A stretch of DNA of 64,000 nucleotides from sequence record SRR22947727_95; one strand, given 5' to 3'. Position numbers and translations under genes: made by a program. The notes below the pieces were generated by a model. It saw nothing but the letters and a program-made list of their open reading frames with translations, was not told where the DNA came from and searched no databases. This document shows positions 10,456 through 23,220 of this stretch, piece after piece (within the stretch, counting starts at the first letter, position 1; every line of letters begins with the position of its first letter).

Positions 10456-12217
10456 TCTTAAAATAATTGGTGGGTTAATTTTTGATGGAAAAGGAAATAA
10501 ACCATTCAAAGCGGATATCGCCATCCAAGATGGTATTATTATTGAAGTCGGTGAATGTAAGTTAGATTCCAAAGAAAAAATAATTGCTAATAACTACATA
10601 ATTACTCCTGGATTTATAGACCTACATACGCATTATGATGGTCAAATTTCATGGGACGAGGAGCTTAAACCGTCAGTAAACCATGGAGTAACAACTGCTA
10701 TTTTAGGTAACTGTGGGGTAGGTTTTGCCCCCTGCAGAGAAAGTGATAGATCTAAACTCATAAACTTAATGGAAGGAGTTGAAGATATTCCGGGAACTGC
10801 TCTTCATGAAGGCATAACTTGGGAATGGGAAACATTTCCTGAATACATGAACGCTATAGATGCCTTGCCACATACCATTGATTTTGCAGTTATGGTGCCA
10901 CATGATCCATTACGAGTTTATGTCATGGGTGAAAGAGCAGTCTCTAACGAACCCGCAACAAAGATTGATATATCTCAAATGAAACAGCTAACAAGAGATG
11001 CGCTTGAAGCAGGGGCTATCGGTTTTTCAATTGGCCGTAGTGATTTTCACAAAAGCTCTAAAGGTGAATGGACACCTGGTTCGGAAGCTGGAAAAAGCGA
11101 ACTAATTGGAATTGCATCTGCATTTAGAGGATTAAAGCATGGGGTGCTACAAGCCGTGAATGACTTCGACATGTTAAGGCCAGAGGATAATTTTGATAAA
11201 GAATTTGACCTAATGAAAGATTTTTTTATGGCTGCACCCAATCACAAAGGATCAATATCATTGATGGAAAGGGATTTTGCCCCTGATGACTGGAGGCATA
11301 TAATAAAACGTACTGAAGAAATGAATAAAAATGGTTCGGATATTTATTTTCAAGTAGCACCAAGAGCGATTGGCTCCTTTGCTGGCCTAGATTGCACATT
11401 TCATCCATTAATGGCGTTTCCAAGTTATATTGCGATAAGCGATAAAACTTTATCCGAAAGGGTTGCTATTTTACGTAAAACTGACTTTAGAGATAAACTA
11501 TTAGCAGAAACACCTCAAAAGCTTTCAGGTAAAAATAGCTCTGTACCTCCAATGATTGACTTAATAATAGAAAATTTTGAACAGATAGCAGAGAAACAAT
11601 TTAAATTAAATTATGAAGGCTATGTTGATTACGAACAACAACCTAAAAACTCAATTGCGTCATTAGCAAGAAAAAACAATTTGAGCGTATGGGAGCAAGT
11701 ATATAATATGCTATTGGAAAACAACGGCAAAGCTTTAATTTATTATCCAGTCTATAACTATTATGAAATGAACTATAGTAATGTATTAAAAATGATGAGG
11801 CATCCAAAATCACTTATGGGATTGTCGGATAGCGGTGCACACGTAGGAACTATATGTGATGCAAGCTTTTCAACTTACTTATTATCACACTGGACTAGAG
11901 ATAGAATTGCTAATGGACTTCAAGGAATTGATCTGTCTAAAGCCATTATGATGCTTACTTCAAAGATCGCAAATTATCTAAACCTTGATGACAGAGGAGT
12001 TATCGAGATCGGAAAACGGGCTGACCTGAATGTTATTGATTACAAAAATTTGGCTCTTGGTATGCCAAAGATGGTCGCAGATTTACCTACAGGAAGTCAA
12101 AGACTTCTCCAAAGCGTCAAAGGATATAAATACACAATCGTTAAAGGTCAAAAAGTTATTATTAATGATAAACTAACCAATGCAAGACCTGGAAGGCTCA
12201 TAAGAGCAGGAAGATAG
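10448..12217 (+). CDS. N-acyl-D-amino-acid deacylase family amidohydrolase
   Basis: Motifs [44 protein letters not shown]. Confidence 0.9.
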   Translation: MYDLKIIGGLIFDGKGNKPFKADIAIQDGIIIEVGECKLDSKEKIIANNYIITPGFIDLHTHYDGQISWDEELKPSVNHGVTTAILGNCGVGFAPCRESDRSKLINLMEGVEDIPGTALHEGITWEWETFPEYMNAIDALPHTIDFAVMVPHDPLRVYVMGERAVSNEPATKIDISQMKQLTRDALEAGAIGFSIGRSDFHKSSKGEWTPGSEAGKSELIGIASAFRGLKHGVLQAVNDFDMLRPEDNFDKEFDLMKDFFMAAPNHKGSISLMERDFAPDDWRHIIKRTEEMNKNGSDIYFQVAPRAIGSFAGLDCTFHPLMAFPSYIAISDKTLSERVAILRKTDFRDKLLAETPQKLSGKNSSVPPMIDLIIENFEQIAEKQFKLNYEGYVDYEQQPKNSIASLARKNNLSVWEQVYNMLLENNGKALIYYPVYNYYEMNYSNVLKMMRHPKSLMGLSDSGAHVGTICDASFSTYLLSHWTRDRIANGLQGIDLSKAIMMLTSKIANYLNLDDRGVIEIGKRADLNVIDYKNLALGMPKMVADLPTGSQRLLQSVKGYKYTIVKGQKVIINDKLTNARPGRLIRAGR

Positions 12218-12222
12218 AAAAA

Positions 12223-12957
12223 TTAGACTTCTAGTAGACTTTTTATAATCTCCATTGTCATAATATCTAAAATTCCGTCCACTTGATCTTGGCGGTATCT
12301 TCTTTGAACGGCTAAAATAATATCAACTGTGTTCTGATCCATAACTCCAGTGATATATGCAGAATAACCCAACTTAGCTAAACCTTGCTGAACAATAGAT
12401 ATACCCCGATCTCTATCATTTAATTCAAATAAAACTCTACGGTCATTTGTCTTTACAATGGGCCATTTTCCTATGCCCTGCGATGCCATATACTGCCAAG
12501 GGAAGTGCTCGCCAGGATCCTTCTTTCTTGAAGGAGCGATATCACTATGACCAAGAAATTCCAGCTGTCCGTGTTGGTCAATTATTTTTTTTGATAAAGC
12601 AATTACTGCATTCATCTGTTTTTTTGGATATCGAGGTAACTCACCATCCAAATTCAAATAATTATGACCACAATTTACAATTTCTATACCTATAGAGCAA
12701 GAGTTTATATTCTTCTCCCCCCGCCAACTCGAAACGCCAGCATGCCACGCACGCTTATGATCAGGTACCAAATGATGAATTTCACCATTTTCGAATACTA
12801 AATAATGAGAACTTACTTTAGATTTCACACTGCAAAGTTTATCCAGCGCCTCCATGGCAGTTTTCATACCTGTATAGTGAAATATTAACAATGATATAGG
12901 CAAAGTCCTGTTATCGAAGTTAGGGCTATGAGATTGAATTATTCTTAAATCATCCAT
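12223..12957 (-). CDS. N-acetylmuramoyl-L-alanine amidase (Amidase_2, AmiD/AmpD-like) with C-terminal PG-binding domain
   Basis: Motifs SPNFD, HYTG, VSSHY, AWHAGVS, SIGIEIVN, GHSDIAPSRKKDPG. Start at ATG 12957, overlapping the upstream DMT stop, preferred over 13008. Confidence 0.92.
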   Translation of the reverse strand: MDDLRIIQSHSPNFDNRTLPISLLIFHYTGMKTAMEALDKLCSVKSKVSSHYLVFENGEIHHLVPDHKRAWHAGVSSWRGEKNINSCSIGIEIVNCGHNYLNLDGELPRYPKKQMNAVIALSKKIIDQHGQLEFLGHSDIAPSRKKDPGEHFPWQYMASQGIGKWPIVKTNDRRVLFELNDRDRGISIVQQGLAKLGYSAYITGVMDQNTVDIILAVQRRYRQDQVDGILDIMTMEIIKSLLEV

Positions 12958-13846
12958 TTTTTCTTCCATAAACTTTATTCGGGCTTCTCTTAGCAATAAC
13001 ATAGACACAAGGTAAAATTAGAAAAGCACCTAAATAGTAGCGCAAATATATAATTTCCTCCAAAAATATAACGCCTAAAATGCATGCAAATAGAGTTTGA
13101 AGCAGTGTAAGTGGCACTACCATTGATACATCATACTTTTTTATTAAACCAAAATATTGCCCATGCGCAAATACTGAAACAAAAACTGCTGCATAACTAC
13201 CTGCAATGAGTAATTTCCATTTCGCAACTTCGTATGCATAGAATTGACCATCCTCGAAAATCACTGATGTAAGTCCAGAAAACACGAATACTAAAACTGC
13301 CATCCATGCAACATATTGTTGCCATTCTACCTGCCCAACCCCTTTCATTAAAACTGAACCTACCGCTAAGGATAAATAAGCGCATATTATCCAAATTAAC
13401 CCAATATCAAACTTTAGAGCATTAGGCTCATAAATCATTACAATAGTTCCAGTTAACGCCCCTAAAATAGCGAACAACCTTACGCGTCCAATCCTCTCAT
13501 TTAAAAACATAACTGAAAGAATTGCAGCAAAAGGAATTAGCATATGTGATACTATTGAGCCACCAGAAGCTGGTGCAGTTTGCAAGCCAGTATATAAAAA
13601 GCCCAAATGAACTGGCCCAACAAACAAACAAACTAAAAAAAGCCTTTTCCAGCGCAAAGGAAAAGGTCTTAATAAAAAGGGAAACATTATTGATATAGCG
13701 AAACAACTTCTAATAAATGCGAGAAAAAAAGGAGGAATTGGTGCAGTTGATAAAGCCCATGCACTAATGACGAAATTTCCTCCCCAGCAAAGGCAACACG
13801 ATAATATAATTAAAAAATCAACGCTTCGCATGTGATTGCATAACAA
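12950..13846 (-). CDS. DMT/EamA family transporter
   Basis: About 10 TM segments; WGGNF, LSVMFLNERI and GVIFLEE repeats. Start may be ATG 13831. Confidence 0.88.
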   Translation of the reverse strand: MLCNHMRSVDFLIILSCCLCWGGNFVISAWALSTAPIPPFFLAFIRSCFAISIMFPFLLRPFPLRWKRLFLVCLFVGPVHLGFLYTGLQTAPASGGSIVSHMLIPFAAILSVMFLNERIGRVRLFAILGALTGTIVMIYEPNALKFDIGLIWIICAYLSLAVGSVLMKGVGQVEWQQYVAWMAVLVFVFSGLTSVIFEDGQFYAYEVAKWKLLIAGSYAAVFVSVFAHGQYFGLIKKYDVSMVVPLTLLQTLFACILGVIFLEEIIYLRYYLGAFLILPCVYVIAKRSPNKVYGRKNG

Positions 13847-13866
13847 GGAGCATTAATTGGTCAGAA

Positions 13867-14220
13867 CTAATCTTCAACTGACCACCCATCAGGCGTATTA
13901 TGAGCATCAATTATTGGGCCTACTGAAGCATTTAAATCCTCAGTTTTTTTGGTTTTTTCTGTTTTTACATTTGTTTTTCTCTGAGATGATTTATTAAATC
14001 TAAAAAGGGGAAAATAGCTTTCTGATAATTTTGAGCGTAACCAGAAATAACTAAAAATTATTAATCCAATCAATAACAAGCATACCAATGCAAAGAAAAC
14101 AAAAGAAGCTAGAAAAATAGTTAAAGAAACGCTTACTATTAATGCCAAAATAAATAAAATATTTTTTACTACACGTGAGAGAATAGTATTTTGACTCATT
14201 ATGTTTTTAATAAATTCCAT
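13867..14220 (-). CDS. Hypothetical membrane protein
   Basis: Long hydrophobic segment followed by a charged tail ending GPIIDAHNTPDGWSVED; co-oriented with neighbours. Confidence 0.6.
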   Translation of the reverse strand: MEFIKNIMSQNTILSRVVKNILFILALIVSVSLTIFLASFVFFALVCLLLIGLIIFSYFWLRSKLSESYFPLFRFNKSSQRKTNVKTEKTKKTEDLNASVGPIIDAHNTPDGWSVED

Positions 14221-14285
14221 GCTTATTACTTTGTTATGCTACACTCAAAGGTCAATAGAAAGAATAAAAGAATACATTAAATTAA

Positions 14286-14966
14286 TTAATCGTCACTCCG
14301 CTGAGAAAGAATTTCTGAATATGCTTTATTGACCATTGCCATTTTATGGTTTGCTAAGCCAACCAATTCAATAGGTAGTCCACGAGCCATCATTGTATCA
14401 GGGTGGCAAGCTGATGCCATGCGCCTGTATGCACTTTTTAGTTCCAAATCTGATATAGACTCATCAATACCTAAAATTAAATAGGGATCATCCGCTGCCC
14501 TTCCCAAATGAGTTGCCTTTATGCGGCTAAAGTCACTATCTGATAAACCAAACTCACTAGCAACACGCTCTAAAAAAGATATTTCAGAACTCATAACCAT
14601 ACCATCAGCCATAGCAATATGAAACAAACCATCAAGTACGCCTTCAAGAATTGATGGATTAAACCTAAATCGTTTATAAATTATTTTAGCATATTTTTCA
14701 TAACCTAATGTTGATTGACGGGCTAAATTAAAAAAGCGCGCTATTGTTTCTTCATTTTCAGGACTTGCTTGAAAAACTTTTTTAAAAGCATCAACTTCAC
14801 TCTTACTAACAGAGCCATCAGCTTTTGCCATCTTAGCACCAAGAGCCACTAATGCGGCTACCACACTAGCCTCATCTATACTGTCAGGACAGCCGTCACG
14901 ATGACTTACAACCTGAGGCCCAAAAAGTTTAGCCCCCGCATAAAATATTTTTTGCCAAATATTCAT
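14286..14966 (-). CDS. djlA: DjlA-like co-chaperone (TerB-like domain plus C-terminal J domain)
   Basis: ALGAKMAKADGSVS, MADG, then DPYLILG...CHPD J-domain motif. Confidence 0.85.
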   Translation of the reverse strand: MNIWQKIFYAGAKLFGPQVVSHRDGCPDSIDEASVVAALVALGAKMAKADGSVSKSEVDAFKKVFQASPENEETIARFFNLARQSTLGYEKYAKIIYKRFRFNPSILEGVLDGLFHIAMADGMVMSSEISFLERVASEFGLSDSDFSRIKATHLGRAADDPYLILGIDESISDLELKSAYRRMASACHPDTMMARGLPIELVGLANHKMAMVNKAYSEILSQRSDD

Positions 14967-15037
14967 AGTTTAATTTTGCCCTAATGCAGTAATTCCATCA
15001 AGCGCAGAAATAAAAATAAATAAAATATTAAGCGTTA

Positions 15038-16696
15038 CTATCTATCAAACTTAACAAATTTAAGTTTTTTAGGCATATCTGCGTCCGGACCAAGTCTTCT
15101 TTTCTTATCTTCAATATAATCTGCAAAGTTACCCTCAAACCATTCCACATGGCTATCGCCCTCATAAGCAAGTATATGCGTTGCAACGCGGTCAAGAAAA
15201 AATCTGTCATGTGAAATTACAACGGCACAACCTGGAAATTTTTCTAATGCAACCTCCAGGGAGGCTAAAGTCTCTCTATCTAAATCATTAGTAGGTTCAT
15301 CCAAGAGTAAAAGGTTTGCTGGTCTGGTCAACATTTTAGCAAGATTCACGCGGTTTCTTTCTCCGCCTGAAAGCTGACCAACATTTTTTTGCTGATCTGT
15401 TCCCTTAAAGTTAAAGGCTCCAAGGTATGCCCTAGAGGGCACTTCTCTTTTACCAAGTTTTAAAATATCTAACCCCTCAGATACTGCTTCCCATACATTT
15501 TTATTATTATCTAGAGCATCTCGATTTTGGTCCACGTAACCTAGCTCAACAGTTTGTCCAACTTTAAAGGTACCACTATCAGGCTTTTCTTCACCTGTAA
15601 TCATTTTAAATAAGGTTGTTTTACCTGCACCATTCGGACCTATAACTCCAACGATTCCACCTCTTGGGAGTTTAAATGAAAGGTCCTTTATCAATAATTT
15701 ATCCCCGAAGCCTTTTTTGATACTATTGGCTTCAACAACAATATTTCCTAGCCTTTCACCCATAGGTATTCGAATATCAGCATGGCTAACTACTTCATTA
15801 TCAGCCTCATCTCTCAATTTTTCATAAGCTGATAACCTAGCTTTTGATTTACTTTGACGTGCTTTGGGATTAGAACGTACCCATTCCAATTCACGCTTTA
15901 ATGCTTTTGTCTTCGAATCGTTTTCTCTACCCTCTTGGTCCATTCTTTTGGCTTTAGCAGCTAGCCATGATGAATAGTTACCTTCATGTGGATAAGCTTT
16001 TCCCCTATCAATTTCTAACGTCCAGTTGGTAATATTATCAAGAAAGTAACGGTCGTGAGTAATAAGTATTATAGCTCCAGAATACTTTACTAAGTAATTT
16101 TCTAACCAATTTACTGTCTCTGCATCTAAATGGTTAGTAGGTTCATCAAGTAGTAATAAATCGGGCTTTGATAATAAAAGCCTACATAATGCAACTCTTC
16201 TTGCTTCACCGCCGGAAAGGTTATTCACCGGACTTTCTTTTGGCGGGCAACGTAATGCCTGCATAGCCATTTCAATTTTTGAGTCGATATCCCAAGCATC
16301 TCGACCATCAACTTCATCTTGAAGTTTAGTCATTTCATCCATTATTTCGTCTGAGTAATCTTCAGCCATCTTCATGGCAACTTCATTATATCTGTCAAAT
16401 ATTTGTTTATCCTGACATCCTTCGATAATATTTCCCCAAACATCTTTGTCGTGATTTAAACGAGGTTCTTGAGGAAGGTAGCCTACCCTTGTGCCTTCAG
16501 CAGCCCAGTGTTCTCCTGTTACTTCAGTATCATTTCCTGCCATTACTTTCATTAATGTAGACTTACCAGCACCATTAACGCCGATTAATCCAATTTTGGC
16601 ATCTGGATAAAAAGATAGGTGAACATTATCAAGAATTGTTTTGTTGCCAAACTTCTTTGTAAGGCCTTGCATGTGGTAACAGAATTGACGTGCCAA
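15038..16696 (-). CDS. ettA: Energy-dependent translational throttle protein EttA (ABC-F)
   Basis: Two ABC domains (GVNGAGKST/LSGGE, GPNGAGKTT/LSGGE), ELEWVRSNPKARQSKSKAR linker; TTG start with GGAG upstream. Confidence 0.96.
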   Translation of the reverse strand: MARQFCYHMQGLTKKFGNKTILDNVHLSFYPDAKIGLIGVNGAGKSTLMKVMAGNDTEVTGEHWAAEGTRVGYLPQEPRLNHDKDVWGNIIEGCQDKQIFDRYNEVAMKMAEDYSDEIMDEMTKLQDEVDGRDAWDIDSKIEMAMQALRCPPKESPVNNLSGGEARRVALCRLLLSKPDLLLLDEPTNHLDAETVNWLENYLVKYSGAIILITHDRYFLDNITNWTLEIDRGKAYPHEGNYSSWLAAKAKRMDQEGRENDSKTKALKRELEWVRSNPKARQSKSKARLSAYEKLRDEADNEVVSHADIRIPMGERLGNIVVEANSIKKGFGDKLLIKDLSFKLPRGGIVGVIGPNGAGKTTLFKMITGEEKPDSGTFKVGQTVELGYVDQNRDALDNNKNVWEAVSEGLDILKLGKREVPSRAYLGAFNFKGTDQQKNVGQLSGGERNRVNLAKMLTRPANLLLLDEPTNDLDRETLASLEVALEKFPGCAVVISHDRFFLDRVATHILAYEGDSHVEWFEGNFADYIEDKKRRLGPDADMPKKLKFVKFDR

Positions 16697-16934
16697 CTTA
16701 TGCTCCGTTTATGTTGTTTTTATAAAAAAGTAATCGCGATATGCGTTGAGTTCATTTTAAATGCAAGTACTAGTAATTAATTATTTGATTTACATTAAAA
16801 CAATAAAAAGCTTGCCCCGCCTAAATGTTAAAACTAAATTATATATTTTTATAAGTGCAGGAAGTAAAAATAAAGTATCATTTTATTTTTACTCTTTAGC
16901 AATCAATTATATAAAAAAAATATGAAAGAGATTT

Positions 16935-17558
16935 ATGAAAAGCAATATACAAAATAAAATAATTGTTTTTGATTTTGATGGAACCATAACAACTAAAGAT
17001 ACTTTTAGATTATTTCTATTTTATCATTCGGGGTTAATTAAGTGGGTGATCAATATGGTGACCTTATTTCCTAGTTTTTTACTTTATCTTCTTAAAATTA
17101 TAGATCGTAACCAGATAAAAGCTAAAGTAGTTATGAAGTTTTTCAAAAACACGCCTATAAACATACTTAACGATAATGCAAAAAAGTTTGCCGAAGAAAT
17201 TATTCCTAAATACATTAGAAAAGATGCTCAAAAATACATAAATAGTAAAAAAAATGGTGATGAAAAAATTATACTATGTAGCGCATCTTTATCTATTTAT
17301 TTGAAAGTCTGGGCTGCCAGTCAAGGTATAATATATGTTTACGCCACTGAACTAGAACAAAATGAAATAAAGTACACTGGTAAAATAAAAGGTGAAAATG
17401 TTTGGGGTCAGGGTAAAATAAATAGAATAAATTCAGAACTACAGAACTATAAATATATTATAACTGAGGCTTATGGCGATAGCCGTGGAGACACCGAATT
17501 GCTAGCTCAAGCCGAAAAATCTTTTTTTAAACCCTTTAGGAGTAAAAAAAGTAAGTGA
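16935..17558 (+). CDS. HAD-IB family hydrolase
   Basis: Motif I FDFDGTIT, CSAS, GKINR, AYGDSRGD. Confidence 0.85.
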   Translation: MKSNIQNKIIVFDFDGTITTKDTFRLFLFYHSGLIKWVINMVTLFPSFLLYLLKIIDRNQIKAKVVMKFFKNTPINILNDNAKKFAEEIIPKYIRKDAQKYINSKKNGDEKIILCSASLSIYLKVWAASQGIIYVYATELEQNEIKYTGKIKGENVWGQGKINRINSELQNYKYIITEAYGDSRGDTELLAQAEKSFFKPFRSKKSK

Positions 17559-17684
17559 CGATCACCTGATCTGATACATTGTTGTTTTAATTATAGGTTT
17601 ATTATTAAGTTAATATTTTTATATCAACATGATACTAATTAAAAAAACATAACTTTTTGTTTACTTTATTTGATACAAACCACG

Positions 17685-17714
17685 TTGACACTGGCTCAAG
17701 CGGCTGTATATAGA
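17685..17714 (+). promoter_or_regulatory. Sigma70-type promoter of rplU-rpmA
   Basis: Perfect TTGACA at 17685-17690 and TATATAGA -10 region at 17707-17714. Confidence 0.6.
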
Positions 17715-17812
17715 GCACGCTTTGGTTGGAGAGTCGCATGACTAAACAATCAATTTTTATATAAAGGAAGGCGTATTAGTCAGATACTTCTTCTCAGTAA
17801 AAGGATTAATAA

Positions 17813-18124
17813 ATGTTTGCAGTCATAAAAACAGGCGGTAAGCAGTATAAAGTTACTAAAGACGATATAATTATCGTTGAGAAACTAGAAGCTGAAACTG
17901 GTAAAAAGGTCTCTTTTGACCAAGTTCTAATTACAAGTAACTCTGGTGCAGTTAAGGTAGGAGAGCCTATTGTTAAAGGCGCTCTAGTAGAGGCTGAGGT
18001 TATTGAACAACGCAAAGCAGATAAGGTTTTAGTTTTTAAAAAGAAGCGACGTCAAACCTATCGCCGTAAGCGCGGGCACCGTCAAAATGAAACAGTCGTG
18101 AAAATCACGTCTATTACAGCTTAA
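17813..18124 (+). CDS. rplU: 50S ribosomal protein L21
   Basis: MFAVIKTGGKQYKV...GHRQ. Confidence 0.99.
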   Translation: MFAVIKTGGKQYKVTKDDIIIVEKLEAETGKKVSFDQVLITSNSGAVKVGEPIVKGALVEAEVIEQRKADKVLVFKKKRRQTYRRKRGHRQNETVVKITSITA

Positions 18125-18145
18125 ACTCTAAGTAGGAGAAGGCAT

Positions 18146-18415
18146 ATGGCACATAAAAAAGCTGGTGGTTCGTCAAATAATGGACGGGATAGTGCAGGCC
18201 GAAGACTTGGTGTAAAAAAGTCTGGTGGACAATCGGTGATACCTGGAAATATAATTATTCGCCAACGCGGTACAAAGTATTACCCAGGTACAAACGTTGG
18301 AATGGGAAAAGACCACACATTATATGCACTCAAAGGAGGACGCGTAGAATTTACAACCAAACGAAACCAAAGGACTTTTGTTTCTGTTGATGAGATGACT
18401 AAAGCTGCTGAATAA
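18146..18415 (+). CDS. rpmA: 50S ribosomal protein L27
   Basis: [16 protein letters not shown]...RQRGT. Confidence 0.99.
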   Translation: MAHKKAGGSSNNGRDSAGRRLGVKKSGGQSVIPGNIIIRQRGTKYYPGTNVGMGKDHTLYALKGGRVEFTTKRNQRTFVSVDEMTKAAE

Positions 18416-18449
18416 TATTTTCTTACTTAATATGTGTTATTAAAATAAT

Positions 18450-18479
18450 AGGAAACCAGTACCTTGGTTTCCTTTTTTT
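18450..18479 (+). terminator. Intrinsic terminator after rpmA
   Basis: AGGAAACCA-gtacct-TGGTTTCCT followed by a T run. Confidence 0.8.
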
Positions 18480-18696
18480 ATGCAATCTTCAGAGGTATAT
18501 ATAACAAAATTGAAACTTTTCAGATAGAGTCAATATTAATTTATTCAAGTTTGAAATCCGAAAAATGTATTAATAACTCTTATAAAAAGAAATAGGTACC
18601 TTAATTAATGCCAATTCTTGAGGAAGTGTTAAAATAGTAGTATTATATAAGCTACAGATATAGCATGCAGATATTAAAATAACTAAAAATTATTAA

Positions 18697-20891
<2,195 letters not shown>

Positions 20892-20892
20892 C

Positions 20893-22173
20893 ATGACTGA
20901 TTTTAATGTAGATAACAAATTATCAGAGTATATGCATGAGTTAGGTAGATTAGCTCGAAAGTCCTACTCTGTGCTTCGGGTCACCAACAACAACACCAAA
21001 AATTATGCTTTAAAAAAAATGGCAGAAGAGATTCGTAAAAGAGAAAAACAAATACTGGCGGCTAATGAAATAGACATCTCTAGAGCAATAGATAAATCTA
21101 TATCAGACTCATTTTTAGATAGGCTCAGACTTAATTCCGATAGAATTAATATTATCGCAAATAGTCTTGAAAACATAGCTCTTCTGCCTGACCCTATTGG
21201 TACAGTTGATGAAAGTTGGACGCAACCTAATGGATTAAAGTTCTCTAAAGTTAGAGTCCCAATTGGTGTGATTGGCATGATATATGAGAGCCGTCCAAAT
21301 GTAACCGCTGATGCGGGTGCACTGTGTCTTAAGTCAGGAAATGCATGCATCTTGAGGGGGGGATCTGAAGGACAAAATTCAAATAAAGCTATCCATATGG
21401 CCCTAATAACAGGTTTGGAAGAAGCTGGACTACCGAAAGAAACCATCCAATTGGTAAACACGACGGATAGAGCGGCAGTCGGGCTTTTGTTGGGCGGTAT
21501 AAATGAAACGGTTGATTTAATTATTCCTCGTGGTGGTAAAAACTTGATAAAACGTGTGCAAAATGATGCAAGGGTTCCGGTACTAGCGCACCTTGAAGGT
21601 ATATGCCATTCTTATATTCACTCTCAAGCCGACCTAAATAAAGCTGAAGCGATAATTTTAAATGCAAAACTTCGTAGAACAGGAGTATGTGGAGCTACAG
21701 AAACAATGTTAGTTGATAAATCAATTGCAAACAAAGCTCTTAAGCGCATTGGAAAGCAACTCTTGAGAAATAATTGCAAAATTCTTGGTGATAAAGCATC
21801 TCAAAAAATCCTACCTAATATCACAATAGCTAAAGAAAATGATTATTTTACAGAACATTTAGCACCAATTCTTAATATCAAGATTGTAAAAAATATAGAT
21901 GAAGCTATCCAGCATATTAACCATTATGGTAGCGGACACACAGATGCAATTATTACAGAAAATAAAAACTGTGCTGCATATTTTCTTAAAAGTATAGATA
22001 GTGCGATATGTATGCATAATACATCAACCCAATTTGCTGATGGAGGGGAGTTTGGGTTTGGAGCTGAAATTGGAATTGCAACAGGTCGTTTGCATGCTCG
22101 TGGTCCTGTGGGGGCAAAGCAGCTTACAACATATAAATATCAAGTTACTGGAAATGGTCAAATACGGGATTAA
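20893..22173 (+). CDS. proA: Gamma-glutamyl phosphate reductase
   Basis: Motifs IYESRPNVT, CGATET, SGHTDAI, FGFGAEIGI, HARGPVG. Confidence 0.97.
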   Translation: MTDFNVDNKLSEYMHELGRLARKSYSVLRVTNNNTKNYALKKMAEEIRKREKQILAANEIDISRAIDKSISDSFLDRLRLNSDRINIIANSLENIALLPDPIGTVDESWTQPNGLKFSKVRVPIGVIGMIYESRPNVTADAGALCLKSGNACILRGGSEGQNSNKAIHMALITGLEEAGLPKETIQLVNTTDRAAVGLLLGGINETVDLIIPRGGKNLIKRVQNDARVPVLAHLEGICHSYIHSQADLNKAEAIILNAKLRRTGVCGATETMLVDKSIANKALKRIGKQLLRNNCKILGDKASQKILPNITIAKENDYFTEHLAPILNIKIVKNIDEAIQHINHYGSGHTDAIITENKNCAAYFLKSIDSAICMHNTSTQFADGGEFGFGAEIGIATGRLHARGPVGAKQLTTYKYQVTGNGQIRD

Positions 22174-22763
22174 TGAGAAATCTGGGTAAATTGTCAATTG
22201 GACTTTTTGGTGGTTCTTTTAACCCGGCGCATGACGGGCATATGCATGTTGCCGCTTGTGGACTTCGTGAATTAGCACTCGATAGAATATGGTGGATAAC
22301 TAGCAAGCAGAACCCTCTTAAAGATAAACAAACTAAATATGATGAACGTGCCAATAGCATAAAATCCTTAGGGCTTCAAAAGCGAATGGAAATTAGCCAC
22401 GTCGAAAAACAAATGAACATTCAATACTCTATACAAATGATCAAAGCTCTAAAAGTTAGAAACCCAAATACAAAATTTATTTTCTTAATAGGAGCAGATA
22501 ATTTGAGCCAATTTACTAAATGGAAGAGTTGGAAGGAAATAATATCTTTGGTACCTATCGCTGTTGTTGCAAGGCCTGGGTACAGCTTGAAGTCTCAACT
22601 TTCTCCAACTGCTCGTTTTATGAGCAATCATAGACTGCCAGAACATAAAGCACATATTCTTAAATATCACTCTCCTCCAATGTGGACATTCATAACACCG
22701 CCACTAAATAAAAATTCATCTTCGACAATACGCAAAGAGATAGCTAATTCTTTAAGCTTATGA
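22173..22763 (+). CDS. nadD: Nicotinate-nucleotide adenylyltransferase
   Basis: FGGSFNPAHDGH, IGADN, SSSTIR; proA-nadD-rsfS synteny. Confidence 0.93.
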   Translation: MRNLGKLSIGLFGGSFNPAHDGHMHVAACGLRELALDRIWWITSKQNPLKDKQTKYDERANSIKSLGLQKRMEISHVEKQMNIQYSIQMIKALKVRNPNTKFIFLIGADNLSQFTKWKSWKEIISLVPIAVVARPGYSLKSQLSPTARFMSNHRLPEHKAHILKYHSPPMWTFITPPLNKNSSSTIRKEIANSLSL

Positions 22764-22785
22764 TATGTATTAGGTTCAAATATTT

Positions 22786-23220
22786 ATGGAGTTTAAACTG
22801 ACTGTATCAGAAACCGTGAGCATGCCCTCACCCGAAGACTCAAAAGAGTCTCGCAATCTCGCTAATTTAATTACTAATGTACTTAATGAACACTCTGCAC
22901 AGGACATTATAGAAATTGATATTAGAGGTAAGTCCTCCATATCTGATTATATGATTGTCGCATCTGGAAGGTCTAACAGGCATGTTGGCGCGTTAAGTGA
23001 CTATTTAATTAAATCACTAAAAAATATCGGAAAAAAAAATATAGGCATCGAGGGACTTAAAGGATGTGATTGGGTGCTTATTGACGTGGGAGATGTAATA
23101 ATTCATCTCTTTAGACCTGAAGTTCGAGCTTTTTATAATATGGAAAAAATATGGTCTATACCAAGTCCATTAGATCTTAATGAAAAAATTCAATATGACC
23201 CTGAGAACATGGAAGCCTAA
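22786..23220 (+). CDS. rsfS: Ribosome silencing factor RsfS (Iojap)
   Basis: DYMIVASGRS, DWVLIDVGDVIIHLF, RAFYNMEKIW. Confidence 0.95.
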   Translation: MEFKLTVSETVSMPSPEDSKESRNLANLITNVLNEHSAQDIIEIDIRGKSSISDYMIVASGRSNRHVGALSDYLIKSLKNIGKKNIGIEGLKGCDWVLIDVGDVIIHLFRPEVRAFYNMEKIWSIPSPLDLNEKIQYDPENMEA

